Shown: in pieces, positions 48,669 to 58,604 of the stretch
Layout of the letters: every line of letters starts with the position of its first letter
Position numbering within the stretch: the stretch's first letter is position 1
From: an uncultured Pseudomonadota bacterium
GTDB taxonomy: Bacteria > Pseudomonadota > Alphaproteobacteria > Rs-D84 > CACZYB01
Length of the DNA stretch: 64,000 bases
Assembly (NCBI GenBank): GCA_902785275.1
Contig: CACZYB010000005.1
Coordinates: forward strand, 2,213-66,212
Reading direction: 5' to 3'
Made by a program: the position numbers and the translations under genes
The notes under the pieces: generated by a model
What the model was told of the DNA's origin: nothing
Seen by the model: only the letters and a program-made list of their open reading frames with translations
The model's database searches: none

Positions 48669-50021
48669 ATGGTATCTTTGGCAGAAAAGCTTGCATCAAA
48701 TATTACTTTTGATGATTTTAAAAAAGCAACAGATTTAAAACGTAGGTTATTTTTCACCTTACTTATTCTTGTTATTTATAGATTAGGTTCGTTCATTCCA
48801 CTTCCTGGAATTGATGCATCTGTTGTAAAATCTTTTTTCAACAGTCAATCTAATGGTGGTATTTTAAGTATGTTCGATGTATTTACTGGTGGTTCTCTTT
48901 CAAGAATGACTATTTTTGCCTTGAATATTATGCCATACATTTCTGCATCTATTATCATTTCTCTTCTTGCAAGTATTACACCATCTATGATGGAGCTTAA
49001 AAAAGAAGGTGAAAGTGGTTATGAAAAAATGAATCAATATACACGTTACCTAACTGTATTTATTTGTATGGTACAGGCTTATGGTATTGCTGTTGGTTTG
49101 GAACATTTAGCTGGAAGTGATGGTGTTTCTGCTGTTATTAATCCGGGAATGTTTTTCAGATTCTCTACAATGGTAAGTCTTCTTGGTGGAACAATGCTTG
49201 TTATGTGGCTTGGTGAACAAATTACTGCACGTGGTATTGGTCAGGGAACATCTCTTATCATTTTCGTTGGTATTATCGCAAATTTGCCATCTGCAATAGT
49301 AAAAACTATTGAACTTGGTAAAGTTGGTCAAATTGAACCATTGGTTATGGTAGTTTTGATGATTTTGTTGGTTGCTGTTATTTTGTTTGTTGTATTTATG
49401 GAACAAGCTCAAAGAAGAATAATGATTCATTATCCAAAACAATCAGCAATGATGGGTGCATCTTCTTCATCACACCTTCCATTAAAACTTAACACTGCTG
49501 GTGTTATTCCTCCTATTTTCGCAGGTTCTATTTTAGCGATTCCTGCTATGTTGACATCATTTATTTCTGATAAATCACCAGAATGGTTGCAATTTGTTGC
49601 TGCACAACTTAACAGACAAAGTCCAGTTTACTTTGTTATATATGCTGCATTGATAATATTTTTCTCATTTTTCTATACAGCGGTACAGTTTAATCCTGAA
49701 GAAACAGCTGAAAACTTGAAAAATTACGGTGGTTTCATCCCTGGTATAAGACCTGGAAAAACAACTGCTGAATATTTAGATTATGTATTAACAAGAATTA
49801 CTGTTATCGGATCACTTTATTTGGTCGCTTTGTGCTTGCTTCCTGATTTCTTGATTGATAAGTTCAGTGTGCCATTCTATCTTGGTGGAACAACATTGTT
49901 GATTGTATGTAATGTTATAACAGAAACTGTTGCTCAAATACAATCATACTTGATTTCAAATCAATATCAGGGTATTCTTAAAAGTACATCTGGTAAAGTA
50001 AAAAATAGATTTGTGAGGTAA
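48669..50021 (+). CDS. secY: Protein translocase subunit SecY
   Basis: 10 TM segments, conserved SecY motifs. Confidence 0.95.
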   Translation: MVSLAEKLASNITFDDFKKATDLKRRLFFTLLILVIYRLGSFIPLPGIDASVVKSFFNSQSNGGILSMFDVFTGGSLSRMTIFALNIMPYISASIIISLLASITPSMMELKKEGESGYEKMNQYTRYLTVFICMVQAYGIAVGLEHLAGSDGVSAVINPGMFFRFSTMVSLLGGTMLVMWLGEQITARGIGQGTSLIIFVGIIANLPSAIVKTIELGKVGQIEPLVMVVLMILLVAVILFVVFMEQAQRRIMIHYPKQSAMMGASSSSHLPLKLNTAGVIPPIFAGSILAIPAMLTSFISDKSPEWLQFVAAQLNRQSPVYFVIYAALIIFFSFFYTAVQFNPEETAENLKNYGGFIPGIRPGKTTAEYLDYVLTRITVIGSLYLVALCLLPDFLIDKFSVPFYLGGTTLLIVCNVITETVAQIQSYLISNQYQGILKSTSGKVKNRFVR

Positions 50022-50025
50022 TTTT

Positions 50026-50679
50026 ATGAAAAAATATTTCACATTTATTGGCCCAATTGCTGCGGGAAAAGGTACTCAAGCCGAAATAATTTCTAAAAAA
50101 TATGGTTTGTTACATCTTTCAACAGGTCAAATCTTTCGTGATGCGATAAGTTCTGGAAGTGAGCTTGGCTTGAAGGTAAAAAATATTATTGATAGTGGAT
50201 TTTTGGTTCCAGATACTCTTACAAACGAAATTGTAAAGGATATGCTTGGAAAAATCGACTTATCAAAAGGTTTTATTTTGGATGGTTATCCAAGAACAAT
50301 CAATCAGGTTTATGCTTTAAATGATATTTTATCAGAAATTGGTATTGAACTTGATGATGCTGTTATGATAGAAATTCCAGAAGAAGATATTATTCGTCGT
50401 ATTTCTGGTCGTTTTGCTTGTGCAAAGTGTGGTCAAAACTATCATGATGAATTTAATAAAACAAAGACAGAGGGTGTTTGTGATAATTGTGGTTCTCATG
50501 ATTTTGTAAGAAGAAATGATGATAAACCAGAAATCATAAAAACAAGACTTCAACACTATTATTCTGAGGTTGAACCTATTGTTGAGTTTTATAAAAAAGA
50601 AAATAAGTTTTTAGAAATAAATGCAACCGGCCTTTCAATAGAAGAGGTTACTAAGAAATTAGAGGAGGCTTTATTTTAA
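50026..50679 (+). CDS. adk: Adenylate kinase (zinc-finger lid, C-x2-C...C-x2-C)
   Basis: GPIAAGKGTQ P-loop. Lid cysteines CAKCG...CDNCG. Confidence 0.95.
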   Translation: MKKYFTFIGPIAAGKGTQAEIISKKYGLLHLSTGQIFRDAISSGSELGLKVKNIIDSGFLVPDTLTNEIVKDMLGKIDLSKGFILDGYPRTINQVYALNDILSEIGIELDDAVMIEIPEEDIIRRISGRFACAKCGQNYHDEFNKTKTEGVCDNCGSHDFVRRNDDKPEIIKTRLQHYYSEVEPIVEFYKKENKFLEINATGLSIEEVTKKLEEALF

Positions 50680-50772
50680 AAAAATATTGACATATTGAAA
50701 AATATGCTTAATATATATACATCTTTTGATGTAAAAATGAACAATAACAATGTATAAACAAGGAGAATTAAT

Positions 50773-51150
50773 TTGGCTCGTATAGCAGGTGTTAATATAC
50801 CCACCGAAAAATGTGTTAATATTGCTTTGACTTATATCTACGGAATAGGTCCAGCAACTGCAGAAAAAATCTGTGCAGCATTAAAAATAAAACCAAGTGT
50901 TCGTGTTCATCAACTTACAGACGATGAAATCTTTAAAATTAGAGAGTATATCGATAAAAATTTCTCTGTAGAAGGTGATAAACGTCGTGAAGTTTCAATG
51001 AATATTAAGAGACTTCAAGATATGAGATGTTATAGAGGTATTCGTCATACTAAAAAACTTCCTGTTCATGGACAAAGAACAAAAACTAATGCCAGAACAA
51101 GAAAAGGTAAGGCGATTCCTGTTGCTGGAAAGAAGAAAGTTACAAAATAA
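50773..51150 (+). CDS. rpsM: 30S ribosomal protein S13
   Basis: [10 protein letters not shown]... Confidence 0.95.
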   Translation: MARIAGVNIPTEKCVNIALTYIYGIGPATAEKICAALKIKPSVRVHQLTDDEIFKIREYIDKNFSVEGDKRREVSMNIKRLQDMRCYRGIRHTKKLPVHGQRTKTNARTRKGKAIPVAGKKKVTK

Positions 51151-51166
51151 TTAAAGGGAATTAAAA

Positions 51167-51553
51167 ATGGCTGATATTATTTCAACAAAGAAAAAAGAAA
51201 AAAAGAATATCTCTAATGGTATTGCTTATATTCTTGCTACTTTCAATAACACAAGAATCACTATTACAGATATGCAAGGTAATGTTATTTCTTGGTCTAC
51301 TGCTGGTGCAAACAACTTTAATGGTGCAAAAAAATCAACACCTTATGCTGCACAAGTAACAGCTGAAAACGCAGGAAGAAAAGCTATGGAAAATGGTATT
51401 CGTTATTTGGATGTAAAGCTAGAAGGTCCTGGTTCAGGTCGTGAATCTGCTGTAAGAACATTACAATCATTGGGTATTACAATCAATGGTATTACAGATA
51501 TTACAAAGATTCCACATAATGGATGTCGTGCAAAGAAACCAAGACGTGTATAG
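51167..51553 (+). CDS. rpsK: 30S ribosomal protein S11
   Basis: Conserved sequence and position. Confidence 0.95.
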   Translation: MADIISTKKKEKKNISNGIAYILATFNNTRITITDMQGNVISWSTAGANNFNGAKKSTPYAAQVTAENAGRKAMENGIRYLDVKLEGPGSGRESAVRTLQSLGITINGITDITKIPHNGCRAKKPRRV

Positions 51554-51578
51554 TCTTAATTAAAATTTAAACCATAAA

Positions 51579-52610
51579 GTGGGGGCAAAATTGATACAAA
51601 ATAATTGGCTAGAGCTTATAAAACCAGAAAAAGTTGTAATAGAAAAAGAAGATGCGAATAAAAATGTTGCAACTCTTGTTGCTGAACCTTTGGAAAAAGG
51701 TTTTGGTTTGACACTTGGAACTGCACTTCGTCGTATTCTTTTGTCTTCTCTTCAAGGTACAGCTGTTGTTGGAATTAAAATTGATGGTGTTTTACATGAA
51801 TTTGGTTCTATTCCAGGTGTAAAAGAAGATGTTGTTGATTTGGTTTTGAACGTAAAACAAATCGTTTTGAAATCAGATGTTGAACATCCAAAAAAAATGA
51901 CATTAAAAGTATCTGGTGCTCAAATCGTAACAGCAGGTATGATTGAAACATCAGGTGATGTTGAAGTTATCAACAAAGATTTAGTTCTTTGCCATCTTGA
52001 TAGCACAGCAAACTTGGATATGGAATTTTTTGTTGAAAATGGTAAAGGTTATAGAACAGCTGAAGAAAATAAAAAACCTGATATGCCAATCGGTTATATC
52101 GCTGTTGATTCTATCTTCTCACCAGTTCTTAACGTTGCTTCAAATGTTGAACAAGCTCGTGTTGGTCAGAAAACAGATTATGATAAACTTTTGATGACAA
52201 TCAAAACTGATGGTTCTGTAAAACCAGAAGATGCTCTTGCATTGTCTGCAAGAATCTTGGTTGATCAACTTGGTTTATTCATTAACTTTGAAGATCCAGA
52301 AGTTGTTAAGAAAGAAGAAGTTGAAGAAGAACTTCCATTCAATAAAGTATTGCTTAAGAAAGTTGATGAACTTGAACTTTCTGTTCGTGCAAATAACTGC
52401 TTGAAGAATGATAATATAACATACATTGGTGAACTTGTTCAAAAGACAGAAAACGATATGTTAAAGACTCCAAACTTTGGTAGAAAGTCTTTGAATGAAA
52501 TAAAGGAACAACTTGGACTTATGGGTCTTTACCTTGGTATGGACGTTCAAGGTTGGCCACCAGAAAATATAGAGGAACTTTCAAAGAAATTTGAAAATCC
52601 ATATAAATAG
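51579..52610 (+). CDS. rpoA: DNA-directed RNA polymerase subunit alpha
   Basis: The N-terminus [11 protein letters not shown]...[17 protein letters not shown] is the alphaproteobacterial pattern. There is a C-terminal CTD. Confidence 0.95.
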   Translation: MGAKLIQNNWLELIKPEKVVIEKEDANKNVATLVAEPLEKGFGLTLGTALRRILLSSLQGTAVVGIKIDGVLHEFGSIPGVKEDVVDLVLNVKQIVLKSDVEHPKKMTLKVSGAQIVTAGMIETSGDVEVINKDLVLCHLDSTANLDMEFFVENGKGYRTAEENKKPDMPIGYIAVDSIFSPVLNVASNVEQARVGQKTDYDKLLMTIKTDGSVKPEDALALSARILVDQLGLFINFEDPEVVKKEEVEEELPFNKVLLKKVDELELSVRANNCLKNDNITYIGELVQKTENDMLKTPNFGRKSLNEIKEQLGLMGLYLGMDVQGWPPENIEELSKKFENPYK

Positions 52611-52620
52611 GTAACAATTT

Positions 52621-52812
52621 ATGGCAGACAAAAAAGAAGCAAGCATTTGGTGGACTATATTAAAGGTTATATTTGCCTGTTTGCTTCTTTGTGCTGTTAT
52701 GAACGGTTATTTTATGGCAGGAGCAAAATCTTTGGCTGATAAGGCTATCGGTGGAACTCATGCTCTCCTTAGTGCCGATATGTTAAAAGAAGGTGCAAAG
52801 GGAGGTAAATAG
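52621..52812 (+). CDS. Hypothetical small membrane protein (63 aa) inserted between rpoA and rplQ
   Basis: One TM helix (WWTILKVIFACLLLCAVMNGYF). The ORF has noticeably higher GC than its flanks, and its RBS is weak. Confidence 0.3.
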   Translation: MADKKEASIWWTILKVIFACLLLCAVMNGYFMAGAKSLADKAIGGTHALLSADMLKEGAKGGK

Positions 52813-52893
52813 AAAGTATTATTTGAAGAAATTCGGTAATGCAAAATTTAATCCGTGTTGCCAGTCAACACTACAAGCTAAAGAGGTCTAGAA

Positions 52894-53445
52894 ATGAGAC
52901 ATAATATGAGTGGTAGAAAACTCAACAGAACAAAGTCACACAGAAAAGCTTTGTTTTCAAACTTGGTATGTTCACTTGTTGAACATGAACAAATATCAAC
53001 AACACTTCCAAAGGCAAAAGATCTTCGTTCATTTGCAGATAAAATGGTTACAATTGCAAAGAAGAACACTTTAGCTGCAAGAAGACAAGCATTATCATTC
53101 CTTCGTTCAGAAGAAGTTGTTACAAAACTTTTTGATGTTTTAGCAAAAAGATATGAAAAAAGAAACGGTGGTTATACACGTGTTCTTAAAAGTGGTTTCC
53201 GTCATGGTGACTGTGCTCCTATGGCTGTAATCGAACTTGTTGACAGAGATGTTAAAGCAAAAGGTCTTCGTCAAAAACAAGATGTAGCTTCTAAAAAACA
53301 GGTTGAAAAAGAACCAGTTGAAAAGAAAGAAGCTGTAAAAGCTGAAACAAAGAAAGCAAAGGATGTTAAAGCGACCGATGTAAAAGCTAAAAAAACAAGC
53401 GCAACCCCAAAGGCTGCAGCTCACAGAAAAGTCATCGGAAAATAA
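52894..53445 (+). CDS. rplQ: 50S ribosomal protein L17 (with a lysine-rich C-terminal extension)
   Basis: [20 protein letters not shown]... Confidence 0.95.
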   Translation: MRHNMSGRKLNRTKSHRKALFSNLVCSLVEHEQISTTLPKAKDLRSFADKMVTIAKKNTLAARRQALSFLRSEEVVTKLFDVLAKRYEKRNGGYTRVLKSGFRHGDCAPMAVIELVDRDVKAKGLRQKQDVASKKQVEKEPVEKKEAVKAETKKAKDVKATDVKAKKTSATPKAAAHRKVIGK

Positions 53446-53455
53446 AGAATGAAAC

Positions 53456-53481
53456 GCCCCCAAATTTTTGGGGGCTTTTTT
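53456..53481 (+). terminator. Intrinsic terminator of the ribosomal superoperon (GCCCCC-AAATTTTT-GGGGGC + T6)
   Basis: Perfect 6-bp GC stem plus T-run. Confidence 0.65.
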
Positions 53482-53496
53482 GTAAGGAGAATTAAA

Positions 53497-53955
53497 ATGG
53501 TTTCTTATGTAAATGGTGGTAAAGTGCAAGAGTCTATATGCTATATTTTTTCTGATGATGTTAATCAAATAGATTATTTTGATAATCCTTCAAAAAATAA
53601 ATTAGTTTGTAAAATTGCTAAAATTAATACTGAACTTCGTAATATAAGGCAATATTTATTATCAAAGTATAATGTCGAAGTTTCCAGAATGGATTTGCTT
53701 GATCATAATAAGATTTTAATTCTTTCACAAAATTTTGAAAAAATAACAATCCCTACTGTTGAATTAGTGGAAGATGTAGAAGTTGTTGAAAATTTAAAAA
53801 AAGATTTATTGGTTATTGGAATGGGTGTTCTTGCAAATTTATCTTATGAGATTCCAAAAATAAAAGAAAAGGGACATGCTAAGTTTAGAAAAAAAACAAG
53901 ACAATTAGATAAGTTGAAAAATTTTCTATCAAAGAATTTTGGTAAGATTCTTTAA
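53497..53955 (+). CDS. Hypothetical protein (152 aa)
   Basis: AAGGAGA RBS 7 nt upstream of ATG 53497 (the track ORF begins at 53449 but would span the terminator). No recognised domain. Confidence 0.35.
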   Translation: MVSYVNGGKVQESICYIFSDDVNQIDYFDNPSKNKLVCKIAKINTELRNIRQYLLSKYNVEVSRMDLLDHNKILILSQNFEKITIPTVELVEDVEVVENLKKDLLVIGMGVLANLSYEIPKIKEKGHAKFRKKTRQLDKLKNFLSKNFGKIL

Positions 53956-54022
53956 AAAGTTTTCTTGCATATAAAAATTTATATAAGTAATATAGTCATA
54001 TAAAGGAAGAAGGAGAAGAATA

Positions 54023-55651
54023 ATGACAAAGTATATTTTTATAACAGGAGGAGTCGTTTCATCATTAGGAAAGGGTATTGCGTCTGCTGCGATTGGTTCC
54101 CTTTTACAGGCTCGTGGTTTTACGATTCGCCAAAGAAAAATGGATCCATATTTGAATGTTGATCCTGGTACAATGTCTCCTTTCCAACATGGCGAAGTTT
54201 TTGTAACAGATGATGGTGCAGAGACAGATTTGGATTTGGGACATTATGAACGTTTTACCGATTCGTCTTGTCATAAAAGTGATAGTATTTCTGGTGGTCG
54301 TATTTATTGGAATGTCCTAACTAAAGAAAGACAAGGTGAATACCTTGGTGCAACAGTTCAGGCGATTCCACACATCACAAACGAAGTTCAAAGTTTCATA
54401 AAATCTGATTTACATGGTGAAGATTTTGTAATCTATGAAATCGGAGGAACAGTTGGCGATATGGAAGGTGTTTTGTTCCTTGAAGGTATTCGTCAGTTTA
54501 TGAACGAAGTTGGTCGTGAAAATGTTTTACTTATTCATCTAACTCTTGTTCCTTATATTAAAACTGCGTCCGAAGTTAAAACAAAACCAACACAACAATC
54601 AGTTCGTAAACTTTTGGAAATGGGACTTTCTCCAAACATAATTATGTGTCGAAGCGATGTTCTTATTCCAGAAAATGAAAAAAGAAAAATAGCAATGTTC
54701 TGTAACGTTCGTCCAGAAGATGTGATTTCTGCACCTGATACAGATAATATTTATAAAATTCCAGGTGTTTATCATAATGAAGGTTTGGATGACAGAATTT
54801 TGAATTATTTCGGAATGCTTTCAACTGCAAATAAGCCTGACTTTACAAAGTGGGATAAGATAAAAGCAGTTCTTGGTAATTGGAAACATGATATAACAAT
54901 TGGTATTGTTGCAAAATATTGCGGATTCCCAGATGCATATAAATCTTTGAATGAAGCTGTTCAACATGCTGGAATTGTTAATGAAACAAAGGTTAACATA
55001 AAGTGGATAAATGCAGAAGAATTGGAAACAATGAACGATTCTCAAATTGCAGAAGTCTTCTCTGATGTTAATGGTGTTATTGTTCCTGGTGGATTCGGTC
55101 ATCGTGGTGTAGAAGGTAAAATAAAGGCTGCTGAATATGCACGTACCCACAATCTTCCATACCTTGGAATTTGCTTGGGTATGCAGGTTGCTGTGATTGA
55201 AATGGCTCGTCACTTGCTTGGTATAAAGGATGCTAATTCAACCGAATTTACAAAAGATTGTACACCAATCATTTCTCTTATTACAGAATGGGAAAAGGAT
55301 GGTAAAAAAGAAGTTCGTGATGAAAATACCGGAAAGGGTGGTACACTTCGTTTGGGTGCATATACATCAAAACTTTTACCAGATTCTCTTGCAAGCAAAA
55401 TTTATGGTGGTGCAACTGAAATTTCTGAACGTCACAGACATCGTTATGAAATGGATATAAAGTACGAAGAAGCATTAAAGGAAAAAGGTGTAATTATCAG
55501 TGGTAAATCACCAGATGGAACTTTGCCTGAAATTATCGAAATTCCATCACACAAATTCTTTATTGCAGGACAATTCCATCCAGAATTCAAATCTCGTCCA
55601 TTCGCTGCTGCACCATTATTTGATGCATTGGTAAAGATTTGTTTGAAATAA
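54023..55651 (+). CDS. pyrG: CTP synthase
   Basis: N-terminal synthase domain plus a C-terminal glutamine amidotransferase domain (GICLGMQ). Confidence 0.95.
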   Translation: MTKYIFITGGVVSSLGKGIASAAIGSLLQARGFTIRQRKMDPYLNVDPGTMSPFQHGEVFVTDDGAETDLDLGHYERFTDSSCHKSDSISGGRIYWNVLTKERQGEYLGATVQAIPHITNEVQSFIKSDLHGEDFVIYEIGGTVGDMEGVLFLEGIRQFMNEVGRENVLLIHLTLVPYIKTASEVKTKPTQQSVRKLLEMGLSPNIIMCRSDVLIPENEKRKIAMFCNVRPEDVISAPDTDNIYKIPGVYHNEGLDDRILNYFGMLSTANKPDFTKWDKIKAVLGNWKHDITIGIVAKYCGFPDAYKSLNEAVQHAGIVNETKVNIKWINAEELETMNDSQIAEVFSDVNGVIVPGGFGHRGVEGKIKAAEYARTHNLPYLGICLGMQVAVIEMARHLLGIKDANSTEFTKDCTPIISLITEWEKDGKKEVRDENTGKGGTLRLGAYTSKLLPDSLASKIYGGATEISERHRHRYEMDIKYEEALKEKGVIISGKSPDGTLPEIIEIPSHKFFIAGQFHPEFKSRPFAAAPLFDALVKICLK

Positions 55652-55680
55652 GAATAGTGATTCGAAAAAATCCTCCATCT

Positions 55681-55712
55681 GAAACGGGTGGAGTTTTTTT
55701 TTATCTTTGCAA
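55681..55712. terminator. Bidirectional terminator between pyrG and clpP
   Basis: A6, a hairpin CTCCATC-TGAAAC-GGGTGGAG (one GU pair), then T9. Confidence 0.55.
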
Positions 55713-55762
55713 ATAAAAAATCCACAATTTTACTTGTGGACTTTTACTTAAAATTTCTATTT

Positions 55763-56368
55763 CTACTTTATATCATTTCGATTCGTAATAACTTTATCAA
55801 TAAGACCAAAGTTCAAAGCTTCCTCGGCACTCATGAAGTTATCACGTTCCACAGCTCTTTCAACTTCCTCAATAGGTCTGTTACAGTGTTCACTGTAAAG
55901 TTTATTCATACGCTTGCGGATATTTAAAATTTCACGAGCATGAATTTCTATATCTGTAGCTTGTCCCTGGAAACCGCCAAGAGGTTGGTGAATCATAATT
56001 CTTGAGTTTGGAAGAGAAAATCTTTTTCCCTTTGCACCACCGGCAAGAAGGAATGATCCCATAGAGCAAGCCTGTCCGATACAAAGTGTTGCAACATCTG
56101 GTTTAATATATTGCATTGTATCATAGATTGCCATACCTGATGTAATTACTCCACCTGGGGAATTTATGTACATATAAATATCTTTATCAGGATTTTCGGA
56201 TTCTAGGAATAAAAGTTCAGCAACAATTAAGCTTGCTGATACATCATTAACTTCGCCATTTAAAAAGACAATTCTTTCCTTTAAAAGTCGGGAAAATATA
56301 TCATAACTTCTTTCTCCGCGTCCAGTTTGTTCCACAACCATAGGAACTAAATCCATTTTTTCATTCAT
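55763..56368 (-). CDS. clpP: ATP-dependent Clp protease proteolytic subunit
   Basis: [23 protein letters not shown]..., catalytic Ser in GQACSMGS. The start is at the internal ATG with an AAGGAGA RBS. Confidence 0.9.
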   Translation of the reverse strand: MNEKMDLVPMVVEQTGRGERSYDIFSRLLKERIVFLNGEVNDVSASLIVAELLFLESENPDKDIYMYINSPGGVITSGMAIYDTMQYIKPDVATLCIGQACSMGSFLLAGGAKGKRFSLPNSRIMIHQPLGGFQGQATDIEIHAREILNIRKRMNKLYSEHCNRPIEEVERAVERDNFMSAEEALNFGLIDKVITNRNDIK

Positions 56369-56518
56369 AGCATTCTCCTTAGTTAATTTACATAGGAACA
56401 TTATACATTTTTTTCTTGCAATTTAAAAGAAAAATATATAAAATAAAGATACATTCTTGAAATCGGAAAGAGTGGGAGCCTTAAAAGCCCCGCTTTTTTT
56501 AATAACTAAGGATATGAA

Positions 56519-57034
56519 ATGTTAATAAATGAAAAAATTGAAAGTATTTTAAGTTCTACAGCATCTGAATATGGGCTTTATATTGTTCAGGTTTCTTATG
56601 CGAGACAAACTTTGCAAATACTTGTTGAAAAAACTGATCTTTCTCCTGTTGGGGTTGATGAAATTGAAAAGGCAAGCAAGGCTTTTTCTGCTATTCTTGA
56701 TGTCGAAGATATTATAAAGGATAAGTATATGTTAGAGGTAAGCTCTGCTGGTATGGACAGACCTCTTGTAAAACTTGCTGATTATACCCGTTTCTGTGGT
56801 CGTGATGTAAAACTTGAGCTTAAAATGCCAAGAAATTCCGAAGATAATAGAAAACGTTTAAAGGGAAAAATTACAAAAGTAGAAGGTTCAAAAATATTTT
56901 TGGAAACTACTTTGGATGAAAAATTGCAAACTGTTGATTTTGAGTTTGATAACGTTTTGAAATGCAAACTTTTAATCTCGGATGATTTTATTAAACAACT
57001 TTTAAAAGAAGATAAAAACGAAAGGAAAAAATAA
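56519..57034 (+). CDS. rimP: Ribosome maturation factor RimP
   Basis: Size, and the typical rimP-nusA-infB linkage. Confidence 0.8.
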   Translation: MLINEKIESILSSTASEYGLYIVQVSYARQTLQILVEKTDLSPVGVDEIEKASKAFSAILDVEDIIKDKYMLEVSSAGMDRPLVKLADYTRFCGRDVKLELKMPRNSEDNRKRLKGKITKVEGSKIFLETTLDEKLQTVDFEFDNVLKCKLLISDDFIKQLLKEDKNERKK

Positions 57035-57035
57035 A

Positions 57036-58571
57036 ATGTATAAATCTTTATCTTTGCCAAGACCTGAGCTTGTTGCTATTGCTAATAGTGTAAGTTTAGA
57101 AAAAAATATAGATACAGAAATCGTATTTAAGGCTTTGGAAGCTGCTGTTGAAAAAGTTGCAAAAAATAAATACGGTTATGATTATAACATTATCGCTTCT
57201 ATCGACAGAAAAGATGGTAAAATAACAATTATAAAAAGATTAACTGTTGTTGGTGATAAGATTACTGATGAAAATGGAGAAGAAATTCCATTTGATGCAA
57301 ATACAATGATTTCTGTAAAAGATGCAAAGAAAAAAGACGCAACTTTGGAAGAAGGTTCTTTCGTTGATGAAGAATTACTTCCTGTTGATTTTGGTCGTTC
57401 AAATTTTCAGGCTGTACGTCAAATAGTTCTTCAAAAAATCAAATCAGCAGAAAAAGAAAAAGAATTTGCTGAATTTTCAGATAAAGGTTTGACTATTATC
57501 AATGGTATTGTAAAACGTAACGAATATGGTGTTGTTTACGTTGATATCAATGGTAAGGCAGAAGGTATTATCAAAAGAAATGAAGGTATTCCTCGTGAAA
57601 ATCTTCATGTTGGTGATAGAATTCGTGCTTTGATTTTGGAAGTTAAAAGAGATAACAGTGGTCCACAAATCTTTTTAACACGTTCACATCCAATGTTCTT
57701 GGCTAAACTTTTCGAAGCTGAAATTCCAGAAGTTTACGAAGGTGCAATTGAAATCAAATCTGTTGCTCGTGATCCTGGTTCAAGAGCAAAAGTTGCAGTT
57801 ATTGCAAAGGAAAGCTCTCTTGATCCAGTTGGTGCATGTGTTGGTATGAAAGGAAGTCGTATTCAAAATATCGTAAATGAACTTGCTGGTGAAAAAATCG
57901 ATGTTATTGAATGGACTGAAAATGTTGCATCATTGGCTGTAGAAGCTCTTTCTCCTGCAAAAATCGTTAAGGTTATTGTTGATGAAGAAGCAAAGAAAAT
58001 TGAAGCAGTTGTTGAAGATGATCAACTTTCACTTGCAATTGGTCGTCATGGTCAAAACGTTCGTTTGGCATCACAACTTATCGGTTGGGGTATCGATGTT
58101 ATGAGTGAAGATCAATCATCTGAAAAACGTCAAAAAGATGTTAAGGAAAGAACTGAAAAGTTCATCGCTGCTTTGGATATTGATGATGTTATCGCTCACT
58201 TATTAGTAGTAGAAGGCTTCTCTTCTGTTGAAGAAATTGCAATTGTTCCTATTGATGAACTTAAATCAATTGAAGGTTTCGATGAAGATGTTGCAACAGA
58301 ACTTCAATCTCGTGCAAAAGCTTATGTTGAAAAGCAACAAAAAGAATTTGAAGCTGAATCTCAAAAGATAGGTATTGATAATACTCTTGCTTCATTCGAA
58401 GGGTTAACATCAGAAATGATTTTAAAACTTGGTCAAAGCGGTGTTAAAACTTTGGATGATTTAGCAGATCTTGCTTCTGACGAACTTGTTGATATCTTGG
58501 GTGATATGACAGAAAAAGAAGCAGAAGAAATCATTATGAAGGCAAGAGCTCATTGGTTTGATGAAAAATAA
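57036..58571 (+). CDS. nusA: Transcription termination/antitermination factor NusA
   Basis: S1 and KH domains plus C-terminal acidic repeats. Confidence 0.95.
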   Translation: MYKSLSLPRPELVAIANSVSLEKNIDTEIVFKALEAAVEKVAKNKYGYDYNIIASIDRKDGKITIIKRLTVVGDKITDENGEEIPFDANTMISVKDAKKKDATLEEGSFVDEELLPVDFGRSNFQAVRQIVLQKIKSAEKEKEFAEFSDKGLTIINGIVKRNEYGVVYVDINGKAEGIIKRNEGIPRENLHVGDRIRALILEVKRDNSGPQIFLTRSHPMFLAKLFEAEIPEVYEGAIEIKSVARDPGSRAKVAVIAKESSLDPVGACVGMKGSRIQNIVNELAGEKIDVIEWTENVASLAVEALSPAKIVKVIVDEEAKKIEAVVEDDQLSLAIGRHGQNVRLASQLIGWGIDVMSEDQSSEKRQKDVKERTEKFIAALDIDDVIAHLLVVEGFSSVEEIAIVPIDELKSIEGFDEDVATELQSRAKAYVEKQQKEFEAESQKIGIDNTLASFEGLTSEMILKLGQSGVKTLDDLADLASDELVDILGDMTEKEAEEIIMKARAHWFDEK

Positions 58572-58604
58572 ATTATAAAAAAATAAAAGTAAAAGAGGTA
58601 TTTT

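Noticed and set aside
49107-49442. 111-aa ORF antisense to secY. Also 50332-50556 in adk, 51997-52194 in rpoA, 53140-53568 across rplQ, 54821-55725 in pyrG, 56782-57060 in rimP and 57477-57668 in nusA
   Set aside because: Antisense to conserved essential genes. No independent support.
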